From positions 64,001 to 128,000 of IMG/VR virus record IMGVR_UViG_2936514734_000001: DNA of 64,000 bases; one strand, written 5' to 3'. Both the position numbers and the translations under genes were made by a program. Source of the DNA: a virus. Lineage: Duplodnaviria; Caudoviricetes. Of the stretch, positions 18,064 to 27,118 are shown piece by piece; position 1 is the stretch's first letter, and the number at the start of each line of letters is the position of its first letter. A model generated the notes under the pieces. That model had not been told where the DNA came from, ran no database searches, and was given only the letters and a program-made list of their open reading frames with translations.

Positions 18064-19113
18064 TTATAGATCGTCGAAGCCATTTGCTTCACTAGCTTTT
18101 GTATATTGGCGAGACTTTTGCTCAAAGAAATCTGTTTTACCTAAATCAACTTCTTGATAAGCAACAATCCAGCGTAAAGGATTTGTTGTTGGTGCATCAG
18201 GGAATACCAACATCTTTCCGAATCCCATTTGGTTGCAACGTAAGTTTGCAGTGAACTTAATATAGTTTGAAACATCTCTCATTGTAAGACCTGTGATCTT
18301 ATTGCCAATGATCTCTTCTGCCCATTCAATTTCAAGCTCAGCCGCTTTACGGAATGTTTGAACAGCAAATTCTTTTAATTCTGGTGTATTGTACTCAGGA
18401 TTTTCATTAAGTACTTCTTTGAAAATCTTTTCGAATAAACCAACATGCTGTTGCTCGTCACGGTTGATGTAGTTAATCATCGTAGAAGTACTTACCATCT
18501 TCTGATTACGAGCTAAGTTGTAGAAGAATGCAAAACCGCTGTAGAAGAATAAGCCTTCAAGAATTACGTCGTACACAATAGATTTCAACATATTTTCTAC
18601 ACTTGGGTTTTCAGCAAATTCTTGATAACCATTTGTGATAAATTCATTGCGAGCAATTAACTTAGGTTCTGTTTTCCAATATTCAAATACTTCATCTTGC
18701 TTACCTTTTGGTACAAGGCTAGAAAGTACATATGAATATGAATGGTTATGAACTACTTCTTGTTGAGCTAAGATAACCATAAGAGCATTAACACTAGAAT
18801 CTGTGATGTAGTCTGCCATTTTAGCTGCATAGTCCGTTTGGATGCTATCTAACAATGCTAGTAGACCGATGATTTTTAAGAATGTGTCTTGCTCTGCTTT
18901 TGATAATTGAGGGAACTGCTGAACGTCTTTACCCATGTTAATTTCAAATGGTGTCCAAAAGTTTGCTAACATTCGTTTATAGAGCGGGAATGCCCACTTA
19001 AAGCGGACATCATCCCAGTTTAATACGTTTGAAGACTCCCCGTTAACAATAGCCGTAGAACGGTTTGGTGCTGTTTTATCCATAATTTTTCTTGTTACTA
19101 ATTCTGTACTCAT
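18064..19113 (-). CDS. nrdB: Class I ribonucleotide reductase beta subunit
   Basis: EVVHNHSY, EGLFFYSGF, RDEQQH, KTDFFE motifs. Confidence 0.95.
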   Translation of the reverse strand: MSTELVTRKIMDKTAPNRSTAIVNGESSNVLNWDDVRFKWAFPLYKRMLANFWTPFEINMGKDVQQFPQLSKAEQDTFLKIIGLLALLDSIQTDYAAKMADYITDSSVNALMVILAQQEVVHNHSYSYVLSSLVPKGKQDEVFEYWKTEPKLIARNEFITNGYQEFAENPSVENMLKSIVYDVILEGLFFYSGFAFFYNLARNQKMVSTSTMINYINRDEQQHVGLFEKIFKEVLNENPEYNTPELKEFAVQTFRKAAELEIEWAEEIIGNKITGLTMRDVSNYIKFTANLRCNQMGFGKMLVFPDAPTTNPLRWIVAYQEVDLGKTDFFEQKSRQYTKASEANGFDDL

Positions 19114-19139
19114 TATTTATTCCTCCAAGGTGTTTTATA

Positions 19140-21452
19140 TTACGAATGACAAGATTCACAATCGTCGATTACTTCTTGAGAAGTCGAACGAACATAGTAA
19201 GTTGTTTTTAATTTTTCTTTCCATGCGTCTAGGTGTAAGCTTAGTAATTCACTAGCTCTTACATCGTTTGGTACATAGAAGTTAAAGCTGATTGCTTGGT
19301 CAATATGACGTTGACGACGAGCATTCTGTTTAATACTTTGATGCTGATCTACTACATATGCAGATGGATAGAACCATGTTGTTTGCTCGTTAAGGTCCGG
19401 CGCCGTTACAGGAATTTTATATGTTTTCTTTTCTTCTGAATAAAATTTACGGAAGATAGGATCAATACTAGCGGAAGATCCTGCAACGATTGATGTACTT
19501 GCATTAGGTGCAACTGCCATCAAGTAACCGTTACGAATACCTTCTTCTTGAACTTCAGCAGATAAAGTGTCCCAATCCAATAATGAAGGGATAGCATTTT
19601 CTCCTGTATAACTACGACGTTCAAAGTACATACCTGTATTAAACTCCGAACCTTCAAAATAAGGATAAGCGCCTTTTTCTTTTGCAAGTTCCTTAGATGC
19701 CTTAATTGTGTAGAAAGCAATGTGCTCATATAATTCATCAGCAAGCTCTACCGCTTCTTCTGAATCCCACATGATACCTTTAAGTGCTAATAAGTGGGCC
19801 CAACCAAATGTGCCAAGACCAATTGCACGGTAGTTTCCGTTTGTGATTTTAGCTTGGTATACTGGTAGGTCATTTAAATCAATAACGTTATCAAGCATAC
19901 GTACCTGAATGTTGATTAACTTTTCTAGAGCTTGATAGAAGTTATCCGGATTAGCTTTATAAATTGCTCCTAAGTTAATAGAAGAAAGGTTACATACAAC
20001 AAAATCACCTGGATTTTTTGTAATAATGATTTTGCCATCTTCTGTTTTTACCTCTTCTACTACTGTTACACTTTGATTTTGTGTAATTTCTGTACATAAG
20101 TTACTGCAGTAAATCATGCCTTTGTGCTTGTTTGCATTTTTGCGGTTTACTTCGTCGCGATAGAACATAAATGGAGAGCCAGTTTCTAGTTGAGAAATCA
20201 TAATTCGCTTAAAGACTTCAATTGCTTCTACTTTGTCCCATAGCAATCCCTTTTCTCCAAATTGTCCGTTTTCAGCCGCTTCAACAGCTATTGCGTAATG
20301 GTTGCGGAACGAACCGCTGCCTTCTTCTTCATCATAGAAATCTTCAAGACTAAATCCTAATTCTTTTCGAATTGTGTGAGGATCAAATGTGTACCAAGAA
20401 TCGCGTGCTTCTACCGCTTCCATGAAGATATCAGGTAATGTTACACCCATGAATAAATCATGTGTACGTTTGCGTTCGTCACCATTGTTTAGCTTCGCAT
20501 CTAAGAATGTGAAAATATCTTGGTGCCAAATATCTAAGTAAACTGCAATAGCACCTTGGCGTTGACCTAATTGATCTACGCTAACCGCTGTATTATTTAA
20601 TTGTTTCATCCATGGTAGAACACCTTGGGATACACCAGGGAAACCTTTAATGTCTGAACCACGACTACGAATATGTCCTAAGTAAACACCAATACCGCCA
20701 CCATTTTTAGATAGGTCAGCTAGATCACTGTTACTGTCATAAATACAACGTAAGTCATCACCAACGGTATCAATAAAGCAAGAAGATAGTTGTCCATAGC
20801 TCTTTCCTGCATTTGAAAAAGTAGGAGTAGCTACTGTCATATATCGTTTTGATAATACTTCATACGCTTCTTTAACTAAGTTAATACGTTTTGATTTATC
20901 TTCTAAACGCATTAAAGCCATTGCAATAATCATGAAACGTTCTTGTGGTAACTCACAAGTAGTTTTCTTATTGAATTTTGCTAAGTAACGTTCCGCCAAT
21001 GTAAGAAGACCAATATAAGTGAAGTCATTATCTCGTTCAGGGACAATAAGGCTCTCAAGTTGGTTCATTTCATCTTCTGTATAATCAGTTAAAATGTTTG
21101 TATGGTAAATGCCTTGCCCCACTAAAAGAGTTACTAATTCATATAAAGAACCGTATTTTTGCTTAGGATCATAACCACGGTTTTGAGCTGCTTCTTCATA
21201 TAGTTGCTCAGAGTATAAAGCGGACGCTACAAATGTCCAATCTGGACGATTATCTTCCATACCAAGCTCTTCTAAAGCTCGAAGAATTGCCTGTTGAGAA
21301 GCTTCTTGTAGAGTGATTTCTTCTCTACTCTCAATATAATTTTTCACGCTATCTAAGAAGTCTGCGCTATCTAAATGATTAAATGATTCTAATACTTTTG
21401 TAATTCTGCCTGTAATAATTTCTTGGACTGATGTAGTTGTTTCAGTTGACAA
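19140..21452 (-). CDS. nrdA: Class I ribonucleotide reductase alpha subunit
   Basis: ATPTFSNAG, SSCF, SNLCTE, CNLSS, APNASTS, C-terminal CESC; TTG start after GGGAGG. Confidence 0.95.
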   Translation of the reverse strand: MSTETTTSVQEIITGRITKVLESFNHLDSADFLDSVKNYIESREEITLQEASQQAILRALEELGMEDNRPDWTFVASALYSEQLYEEAAQNRGYDPKQKYGSLYELVTLLVGQGIYHTNILTDYTEDEMNQLESLIVPERDNDFTYIGLLTLAERYLAKFNKKTTCELPQERFMIIAMALMRLEDKSKRINLVKEAYEVLSKRYMTVATPTFSNAGKSYGQLSSCFIDTVGDDLRCIYDSNSDLADLSKNGGGIGVYLGHIRSRGSDIKGFPGVSQGVLPWMKQLNNTAVSVDQLGQRQGAIAVYLDIWHQDIFTFLDAKLNNGDERKRTHDLFMGVTLPDIFMEAVEARDSWYTFDPHTIRKELGFSLEDFYDEEEGSGSFRNHYAIAVEAAENGQFGEKGLLWDKVEAIEVFKRIMISQLETGSPFMFYRDEVNRKNANKHKGMIYCSNLCTEITQNQSVTVVEEVKTEDGKIIITKNPGDFVVCNLSSINLGAIYKANPDNFYQALEKLINIQVRMLDNVIDLNDLPVYQAKITNGNYRAIGLGTFGWAHLLALKGIMWDSEEAVELADELYEHIAFYTIKASKELAKEKGAYPYFEGSEFNTGMYFERRSYTGENAIPSLLDWDTLSAEVQEEGIRNGYLMAVAPNASTSIVAGSSASIDPIFRKFYSEEKKTYKIPVTAPDLNEQTTWFYPSAYVVDQHQSIKQNARRQRHIDQAISFNFYVPNDVRASELLSLHLDAWKEKLKTTYYVRSTSQEVIDDCESCHS

Positions 21453-21492
21453 GTAAATTCCTCCCTTAATGTTTTTTAAATTCCCGAGCGGC

Positions 21493-21508
21493 AAACTACA
21501 TATAGTAG
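21493..21508. promoter_or_regulatory. Probable NrdR box
   Basis: AAACTACATATAGTAG resembles acaCwAtATaTwGtg, immediately upstream of nrdA. Confidence 0.55.
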
Positions 21509-21640
21509 CTCGCTTCGTGAAAGGTCAGTTTTTAATACAACCATTAGATATTAAAAAGTCAAACTGATTTATGAACAAACTAATGTTCTAAATTTAGACA
21601 ATAAAAAAGACTCAGGGTTATATCCTCAGCCTTTAAATAC

Positions 21641-22027
21641 TTATCCAGTTTGTGTATTTCTTTCTGGTGTTTCTACAAGAAAAGATACATTCTCATAAAT
21701 TGTAGAGCCACTTCCAACGGTGCTAGTGCCATGGTTTATATGGCTAATAAGCCCTTCAAACTCTTCACCACTGAAAAATATGAGATGCACTTTGTTTTGC
21801 TTGCTCATATCTATTTCATTAGGAATAATAGCTTGATTAAAGTTTAAATTATACCCTAAGAATGGATGATGATCTCCTATCTTCATTGGCGAACCATCTT
21901 CATGAACAGGATTCCCCATTGTATACATAACAACTGTTCCCTCTGGTCCACCTATTGGACTAACATGACTATCTTGAAACTTGATTTGATGATGATTAAT
22001 CCAACAACTTTTTAAAGCTTTGTTCAT
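21641..22027 (-). CDS. Hypothetical protein
   Basis: ORF downstream of rtp with SD GGGGTG. Confidence 0.6.
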   Translation of the reverse strand: MNKALKSCWINHHQIKFQDSHVSPIGGPEGTVVMYTMGNPVHEDGSPMKIGDHHPFLGYNLNFNQAIIPNEIDMSKQNKVHLIFFSGEEFEGLISHINHGTSTVGSGSTIYENVSFLVETPERNTQTG

Positions 22028-22038
22028 TCTTTCACCCC

Positions 22039-22425
22039 TTATCTAACAGGGCCGTAATGATCCTCTAAAGCTTTATCCAATAACCCCCTACACCGTTCAA
22101 GCTCAACTTTCATTTGCTTCTTATAAAGGTCATATTCTTTCTTTCCTTCATCCGTAAGTGAGTATAGGATAATCTCTTGAAAATCAACGCCCTTCTCCCC
22201 TTTGATTTGGCGTTCCCTTTTGACTAACCCATCCCTAGTCAATTCGTGTAATACTTTATATGTTTCTGTATGAGTAGGTTCATACCCATACTGTTTAAAT
22301 TCTTTACGTAAATCCCCTAAATATTGAGACGCATACCCTTTATGCTTATCAATTGTCTTGTATATGTATAGCTTCAAAAATGCACGTTGCTTTAATAAGA
22401 AACCTCTATTTTTAAACTCACTCAT
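22039..22425 (-). CDS. rtp: Replication terminator protein (winged helix)
   Basis: GFLLKQRAFLKLY…PTHTETY…LHEL…QEI…LYKKQMKVELERC…KAL closely matches B. subtilis RTP. Confidence 0.9.
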   Translation of the reverse strand: MSEFKNRGFLLKQRAFLKLYIYKTIDKHKGYASQYLGDLRKEFKQYGYEPTHTETYKVLHELTRDGLVKRERQIKGEKGVDFQEIILYSLTDEGKKEYDLYKKQMKVELERCRGLLDKALEDHYGPVR

Positions 22426-22449
22426 TATATACACACCTTTCGAAAGTGT

Positions 22450-22471
22450 AAAACCATGTTCTATTGATTCA
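22450..22471 (+). promoter_or_regulatory. Ter site (RTP-binding)
   Basis: AAAACCATGTTCTATTGATTCA versus B. subtilis TerI core AAAACTATGTACCAAATGTTCA. Confidence 0.65.
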
Positions 22472-22563
22472 TCTTATATTATTATACATTTATTAGGATT
22501 TACCTTCAAAAAATATACAGATTTGAATGAATCCGTCTTATAAGCTAACGTATTAATAACTAT

Positions 22564-22585
22564 TGAATATTTGGAACATGGTTTT
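22564..22585 (-). promoter_or_regulatory. Ter site (RTP-binding), inverted partner
   Basis: Reverse complement AAAACCATGTTCCAAATATTCA, 19/22 to the TerI core. Confidence 0.8.
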
Positions 22586-22768
22586 TGAGAAATATAATAG
22601 AGGTTATCTTCTAGATTGTCGCATGTAATGACTGCAACTTTCGCATCTGTAATCGCTATATGTACAAGGACATTTAGGACGTTTTTTCTCTACAGAATGC
22701 ACAGCGATCACGATGATAACTCCAATGGATAAACCAATAATTAGAGCTGTCATTCTATACCTACTTTC

Positions 22769-23422
22769 TTAAGAAGTTGTTTGAAGCCTTTTGTCTCTTA
22801 GACGTTTTAAACGCTTCTCTATTCCAGTAGAAGTCCTTCCCATTATTTCTGCAATCTTTTTCTGTGGCATATTCTCTTGATAATACAATCTCCACAGTTG
22901 GTCATCTTGCTCAGTTGTCCAAGGCTTTCTTTTATTTGCCCATCTATAAAAATCTTCCTTACGTCTTTCATCTAACCAATCAGGCTCAAAAGGTAGTGAA
23001 TATTGCGGAACATTATGCCAATTGATCAAGTGTTTATGTTCTTCAGCCCATTTCCAGAACTTCTTAGGGTTAATGTAATAAGAAAGTTGTTTTACATTAA
23101 CAGCTCCGTTTCTACCGTTTTTAACTCTTCTAATTCGGAAGTCTCTTTGTTTAGCCGGTAAACCGTGATTAGTAATCATTCGCTTAACCGCTTTATCATC
23201 TATGCATAAACATTTAGCAAGCTGTCGAACAGTTAACATTCCACACGCTATTTTTGTATTAGATATGCCTAATTTTTCAGCTTTGCTTAATACCGCTTCA
23301 GGTGTTCTGCCAAGCTTCTGAGCAATCGCACTCATAGACAGCGATCCAATATATGTTTCAAGATATTCAATTTCTTCTTCAGTCCAATGTTTACCACTAC
23401 GATCAGTCATAAAGTTGACCAC
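22769..23422 (-). CDS. Multi-HTH (WT..E Myb-like repeats) DNA-binding protein
   Basis: WTEEE…IAQKLGRT and WTTEQD…IAEIMGRT. Confidence 0.75.
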   Translation of the reverse strand: MVNFMTDRSGKHWTEEEIEYLETYIGSLSMSAIAQKLGRTPEAVLSKAEKLGISNTKIACGMLTVRQLAKCLCIDDKAVKRMITNHGLPAKQRDFRIRRVKNGRNGAVNVKQLSYYINPKKFWKWAEEHKHLINWHNVPQYSLPFEPDWLDERRKEDFYRWANKRKPWTTEQDDQLWRLYYQENMPQKKIAEIMGRTSTGIEKRLKRLRDKRLQTTS

Positions 23423-23547
23423 CTTTCATCTTGTATACACAATGCTAAAACAACATAAGCTTTTCATATCAAAAGTAAATATGTCATTAGTCTCAAATTC
23501 AAGCATTGAAAAATTTTTGTAATAAATCAGGAATATTTTTCTTTACA

Positions 23548-23559
23548 GAACATCTGTTC
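23548..23559. promoter_or_regulatory. LexA/DinR (SOS) box
   Basis: GAAC-ATCT-GTTC just downstream of a - strand TGATATAAT (23562-23570). Confidence 0.55.
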
Positions 23560-23580
23560 TTATTATATCATGTTATTATA

Positions 23581-23661
23581 GTTAAGAAACAGTTATAAAA
23601 CCTAAACCAAAAAACCTAAACCTCACTGAAGAAGCAGCTAACTACCATGGCTGCTTTTTCT
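23581..23661 (+). ncRNA. Candidate ~80-nt sRNA with tandem AAAACCTAAACC repeat
   Basis: TGTTATTAT at 23571-79; AAGCAGCT/GGCTGCTT-T terminator; no ORF. Confidence 0.4.
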
Positions 23662-23710
23662 CATGTTCTCATATTCTGAAACAAAAAAGCCACCCATAAG
23701 GGTGACTCAG

Positions 23711-24607
23711 TTATTGTTTCTGGATAAGTTTATAAATATTTATAAGACCATTTCCAAAGTTGTCATCGTCGCCTGCTTCTCCGAGATCAACAGAGCGGTC
23801 ATGAATTAATTGCATAATTTGGTCAGGTGATAGTTTTTGTCCTGATTTACGAGCAAGTGATTCAATAAGAGCAATAACTCCTGCAACCATAGGTGTTGCC
23901 ATTGAAGTACCGGATAGTTTTGCATAACTACCATTTTTATACGTACTATAAATGTCTACACCAGGAGCCGCTACATCTAATTCATTACCGAAGTTAGAGA
24001 AGTTTGCTTTTCCAAATGCTTGGTCAATTGCACCAACAGCAATTGTTTCTTCATACACTGCAGGCCAACCTACATGAGTATTTTCATTACCTGAAGCAGC
24101 TACAATAATAATACCTGCATCATGTGCACGTTTGAAAGCTTGATGGAATGCAGGGCCCGGATCAACAGGACAACCTAGACTCATAGAGATGATGTCCACT
24201 TGTTCTTCTATTGCCCAATCAATTCCTTTGATAATAGCATCAATAGAACCTGAACCATCATCACCTAGAACCTTAGCAATATATAATTGTGCTCGTGGTG
24301 CTACACCAACAACTCCTACCATATTGTCACAAGCAGCAATAATACCTGCACAGTGACTGCCATGACCTTGACGATCTACAAAGTCGGTAGGGTTTGAAGT
24401 AGTAAAGTTGATACCTTTTACAATGTTAGGTGCTAAATCTGGATGTTTAGGATCAATGCCTGTATCTAATACCGCTACTTTGATTCCTTCTCCTTTTGTA
24501 AGAGACCAGATTTGAGGAGCTTGAACTAGGCTTACACCCCAGTCAATAACTTGTTTTGGTGAAGTAGATTGAACCTCAAGTACTTCAGATTGGATTTTAA
24601 ATTCCAT
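23711..24607 (-). CDS. Intracellular subtilisin-family (S8) serine protease
   Basis: VLDTG, GHGSH, SGN, GTSMATP; no signal peptide. Confidence 0.9.
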   Translation of the reverse strand: MEFKIQSEVLEVQSTSPKQVIDWGVSLVQAPQIWSLTKGEGIKVAVLDTGIDPKHPDLAPNIVKGINFTTSNPTDFVDRQGHGSHCAGIIAACDNMVGVVGVAPRAQLYIAKVLGDDGSGSIDAIIKGIDWAIEEQVDIISMSLGCPVDPGPAFHQAFKRAHDAGIIIVAASGNENTHVGWPAVYEETIAVGAIDQAFGKANFSNFGNELDVAAPGVDIYSTYKNGSYAKLSGTSMATPMVAGVIALIESLARKSGQKLSPDQIMQLIHDRSVDLGEAGDDDNFGNGLINIYKLIQKQ

Positions 24608-24825
24608 AGGAACTCCTCCTTTAATCGATTACCAAAGAAAAATAACCATTTGATTAAAGGGGCTCAATCTTAAACTCTGTTGTCTCCCAACTTCATAACA
24701 ATAAAAAAAGGTGAGAACAATGTCCCACCCGTTTTACTTAGGACTAAATATGATTTCTAAGATTGCGGCTGTTAAATCCGCTAGTGCTTCAAAGAGACCA
24801 TGATGCCTCCTTTTTCTTCTTGCCA

Positions 24826-26007
24826 TTATAGGAACAGACCTACAATCGTCGCTGATAATACAGACGCCATTGTTGCTACTAATAGCATTTTCATACCAAA
24901 CTTAGCAACGCCCGCACCTTGTTCTTGAGAAAAACTTTGTACTGTTCCTTGAATGATTCCAATAGAAGAGAAGTTAGCAAAACTAATTAAGAATGTTGAA
25001 ACGATACCCACAGTTTTAGCAGATAATGCTCCCATAATTGGTCCAAAACCAAGCATAGCTACAAACTCATTCGCTACAATCTTTGTAGACATAACACTTC
25101 CTGCTTTAACCGCTTCATCCCAAGGCACACCCATGATCCATGCAACTGGAGATAAGATATAACCTAGGATAGTTTCAATCTTCATACCTACTAAACCTGT
25201 AACTGCCCAGTTAACCATTGCTAGTAATCCAACATAAGCGATAAGCATAGCAGCTACAATAGCGGCTACTTTTAATCCGTCAATTGCACCATTACCAACC
25301 GCTTCAAAGAATGTCTTTTCTTTCACCATATCTTTGATGTTAATATCAGCGTTGTCTTCTTTAACTGGTGCTACGATAGTAGAAAGGATTAATCCACTTA
25401 GAACATTCAATGGTAATGCAATTAAAACATATTCAGGCGGTACCATTTGCATGTAAGAGGCTACAATAGAAGCGCTTACACTAGTCATTGAAGCTGTAGT
25501 TGCTACGAATAGCTGATTACGGTTAAACGAAGGAATGTGGTTTTTAATCGCTAATAAAGCACCTGTATCTCCAAATACAGAAGATGCAATTGTACTAAAT
25601 GAAAGAACTCGTGGTAGTCCTGTAATCTTTGCAATTAATCCACCAAGATATTTAATAAGTAGCGGTAAAATTCTGATATAGTTTAAGATACTTAGAATAG
25701 TTGAAGTAAACACAATCAGTAATAATACGCTAATAACGAAAACAGATTTACCTTCAGGAACTAATCCACCAACTACAAAGTTGATACCTTCTGTCCCGAA
25801 AGTCATTAGCTTAGAGAACCCGTTTGCAATCGCCGTTAGGATTTTACCTCCAATGCTTGTGTGTAGCATAAATGCTGTAATAACCAACTGAAGTACGAAT
25901 AAAATACCTACCGCTCGATAATTGATATTCTTCTTATCATTTGATAGTAAGAACGCAACTCCAAACGTAATAACGATCCCTAAAATGCCTACTAAAATAC
26001 CTGTCAT
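24826..26007 (-). CDS. nupC: NupC/CNT-family nucleoside transporter
   Basis: EGINFV, SMTSVS, KIVANEFVAM, SFANFSSIG. Confidence 0.9.
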   Translation of the reverse strand: MTGILVGILGIVITFGVAFLLSNDKKNINYRAVGILFVLQLVITAFMLHTSIGGKILTAIANGFSKLMTFGTEGINFVVGGLVPEGKSVFVISVLLLIVFTSTILSILNYIRILPLLIKYLGGLIAKITGLPRVLSFSTIASSVFGDTGALLAIKNHIPSFNRNQLFVATTASMTSVSASIVASYMQMVPPEYVLIALPLNVLSGLILSTIVAPVKEDNADINIKDMVKEKTFFEAVGNGAIDGLKVAAIVAAMLIAYVGLLAMVNWAVTGLVGMKIETILGYILSPVAWIMGVPWDEAVKAGSVMSTKIVANEFVAMLGFGPIMGALSAKTVGIVSTFLISFANFSSIGIIQGTVQSFSQEQGAGVAKFGMKMLLVATMASVLSATIVGLFL

Positions 26008-26090
26008 TTTGAATCTCCTTCTTCTTATTTATTTGTCGGAAATTAAAATAAGCAGTTAACTTATCAAAGTCAACTGCCATTCTCAAATAT

Positions 26091-26603
26091 TTAACTGCAG
26101 ATTCTACTAAACTCTGAATCAACAATTTGTAGCTTGTCACATGCAATAAAGTCATGTGGATATATAACTCCATCTTTGTCAGGGAATAGTTCGATACCTA
26201 CTCGTCTGAATACTTCATCCACCAATTCGGTACAAATATAACTGTTCTTCCCATTTAGGTGTTTTAATAATTTTGTGTTTGGAAATTTTGTTTTCAGAAA
26301 CAGATTAATCAGCATAAGCCAATCATATCTATTTCCGGTCTTGTTAAACGCACAAGCATTAGAAGTAATGTTTACTTGTTGATTTGCTGTTAAAGGTTTT
26401 TTACTTCTTAACACAACATGCTCAAACTCACCAAACGTATAAGGATCTTTAACAAGTGTTGCTTTCGTGTTCCAATCAATTTCTAAAACATATCCACCGC
26501 CAACATAAAGGGCGACATGCGTCCATTTAGAGCCGACTGTCTTTTGAATTGCTTTAGAAATGATACTGTTACCACTAACAACAAAGATATCTCCAATTTT
26601 CAT
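26091..26603 (-). CDS. YiiX/YebB-like permuted NlpC/P60 (papain-like) hydrolase
   Basis: GD…WTHVALY…RYD…YICTEL. Confidence 0.8.
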   Translation of the reverse strand: MKIGDIFVVSGNSIISKAIQKTVGSKWTHVALYVGGGYVLEIDWNTKATLVKDPYTFGEFEHVVLRSKKPLTANQQVNITSNACAFNKTGNRYDWLMLINLFLKTKFPNTKLLKHLNGKNSYICTELVDEVFRRVGIELFPDKDGVIYPHDFIACDKLQIVDSEFSRICS

Positions 26604-26628
26604 AGAGGCATTACCACCTTTCCAAGTC

Positions 26629-26735
26629 GAAAAAAAGGGAGGCCTCTAATTAGAGACCCCCAAGAAGAGAGAGAAAGAAGTAAGAAGGAGAAATAACATA
26701 ACAAACACATAGGAGGATACATATCGTATGATGAA
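26629..26735 (-). ncRNA. Candidate ~105-nt pyrimidine-rich sRNA with anti-SD motifs
   Basis: TATAAT at 26742-47 (-); UCCUCCU, UUCUCCUU, (CU)n; GGGGGTCTCTA/TAGAGGCCTCC-T7 terminator. Confidence 0.5.
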
Positions 26736-26818
26736 CGCTACATTATATATATAATCTATTGATGTCGTATTAACAATCTTCTCGTCTACTATCTCTCGAC
26801 TGGATAACCAACCAATAC

Positions 26819-27118
26819 TTAAAGTGGAATGTCTTCGTATCCGGAAACATTTAACCAATCAGGTATTTCAGGTTCTTGCACAAATAATGGCTGTACAGGA
26901 GCTACATTAACCGGCATATGATCTATATCACCATAATCAACTCTGCAATAAAAATGACCATCATCACACGGCTTGTCTAACTTTAGATGAACAGGATAGA
27001 AATACTCACCATTAGCAATAAGATGTATTGTAGCGGTATCCCCTACATTAATTCCTGCTATTCCTATATCCCTAACAATATAAACTCTGTCTCCCTGCTT
27101 AAACTCTTTTTTAAGCAT
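26819..27118 (-). CDS. Hypothetical SH3-like protein
   Basis: FKQGDRV motif; overlaps the DHH gene. Confidence 0.6.
   Translation of the reverse strand: MLKKEFKQGDRVYIVRDIGIAGINVGDTATIHLIANGEYFYPVHLKLDKPCDDGHFYCRVDYGDIDHMPVNVAPVQPLFVQEPEIPDWLNVSGYEDIPL

Noticed and set aside
18064-21452. Intein or intron in the RNR genes
   Set aside because: Lengths and motifs are continuous
21573-21598. Third Ter-like site (AAACTAATGTTCTAAATTTAG)
   Set aside because: Match too partial to call
26646-26858. 70-aa hydrophobic ORF
   Set aside because: No credible SD; its hydrophobicity follows from the pyrimidine tract, so an ncRNA reading is preferred
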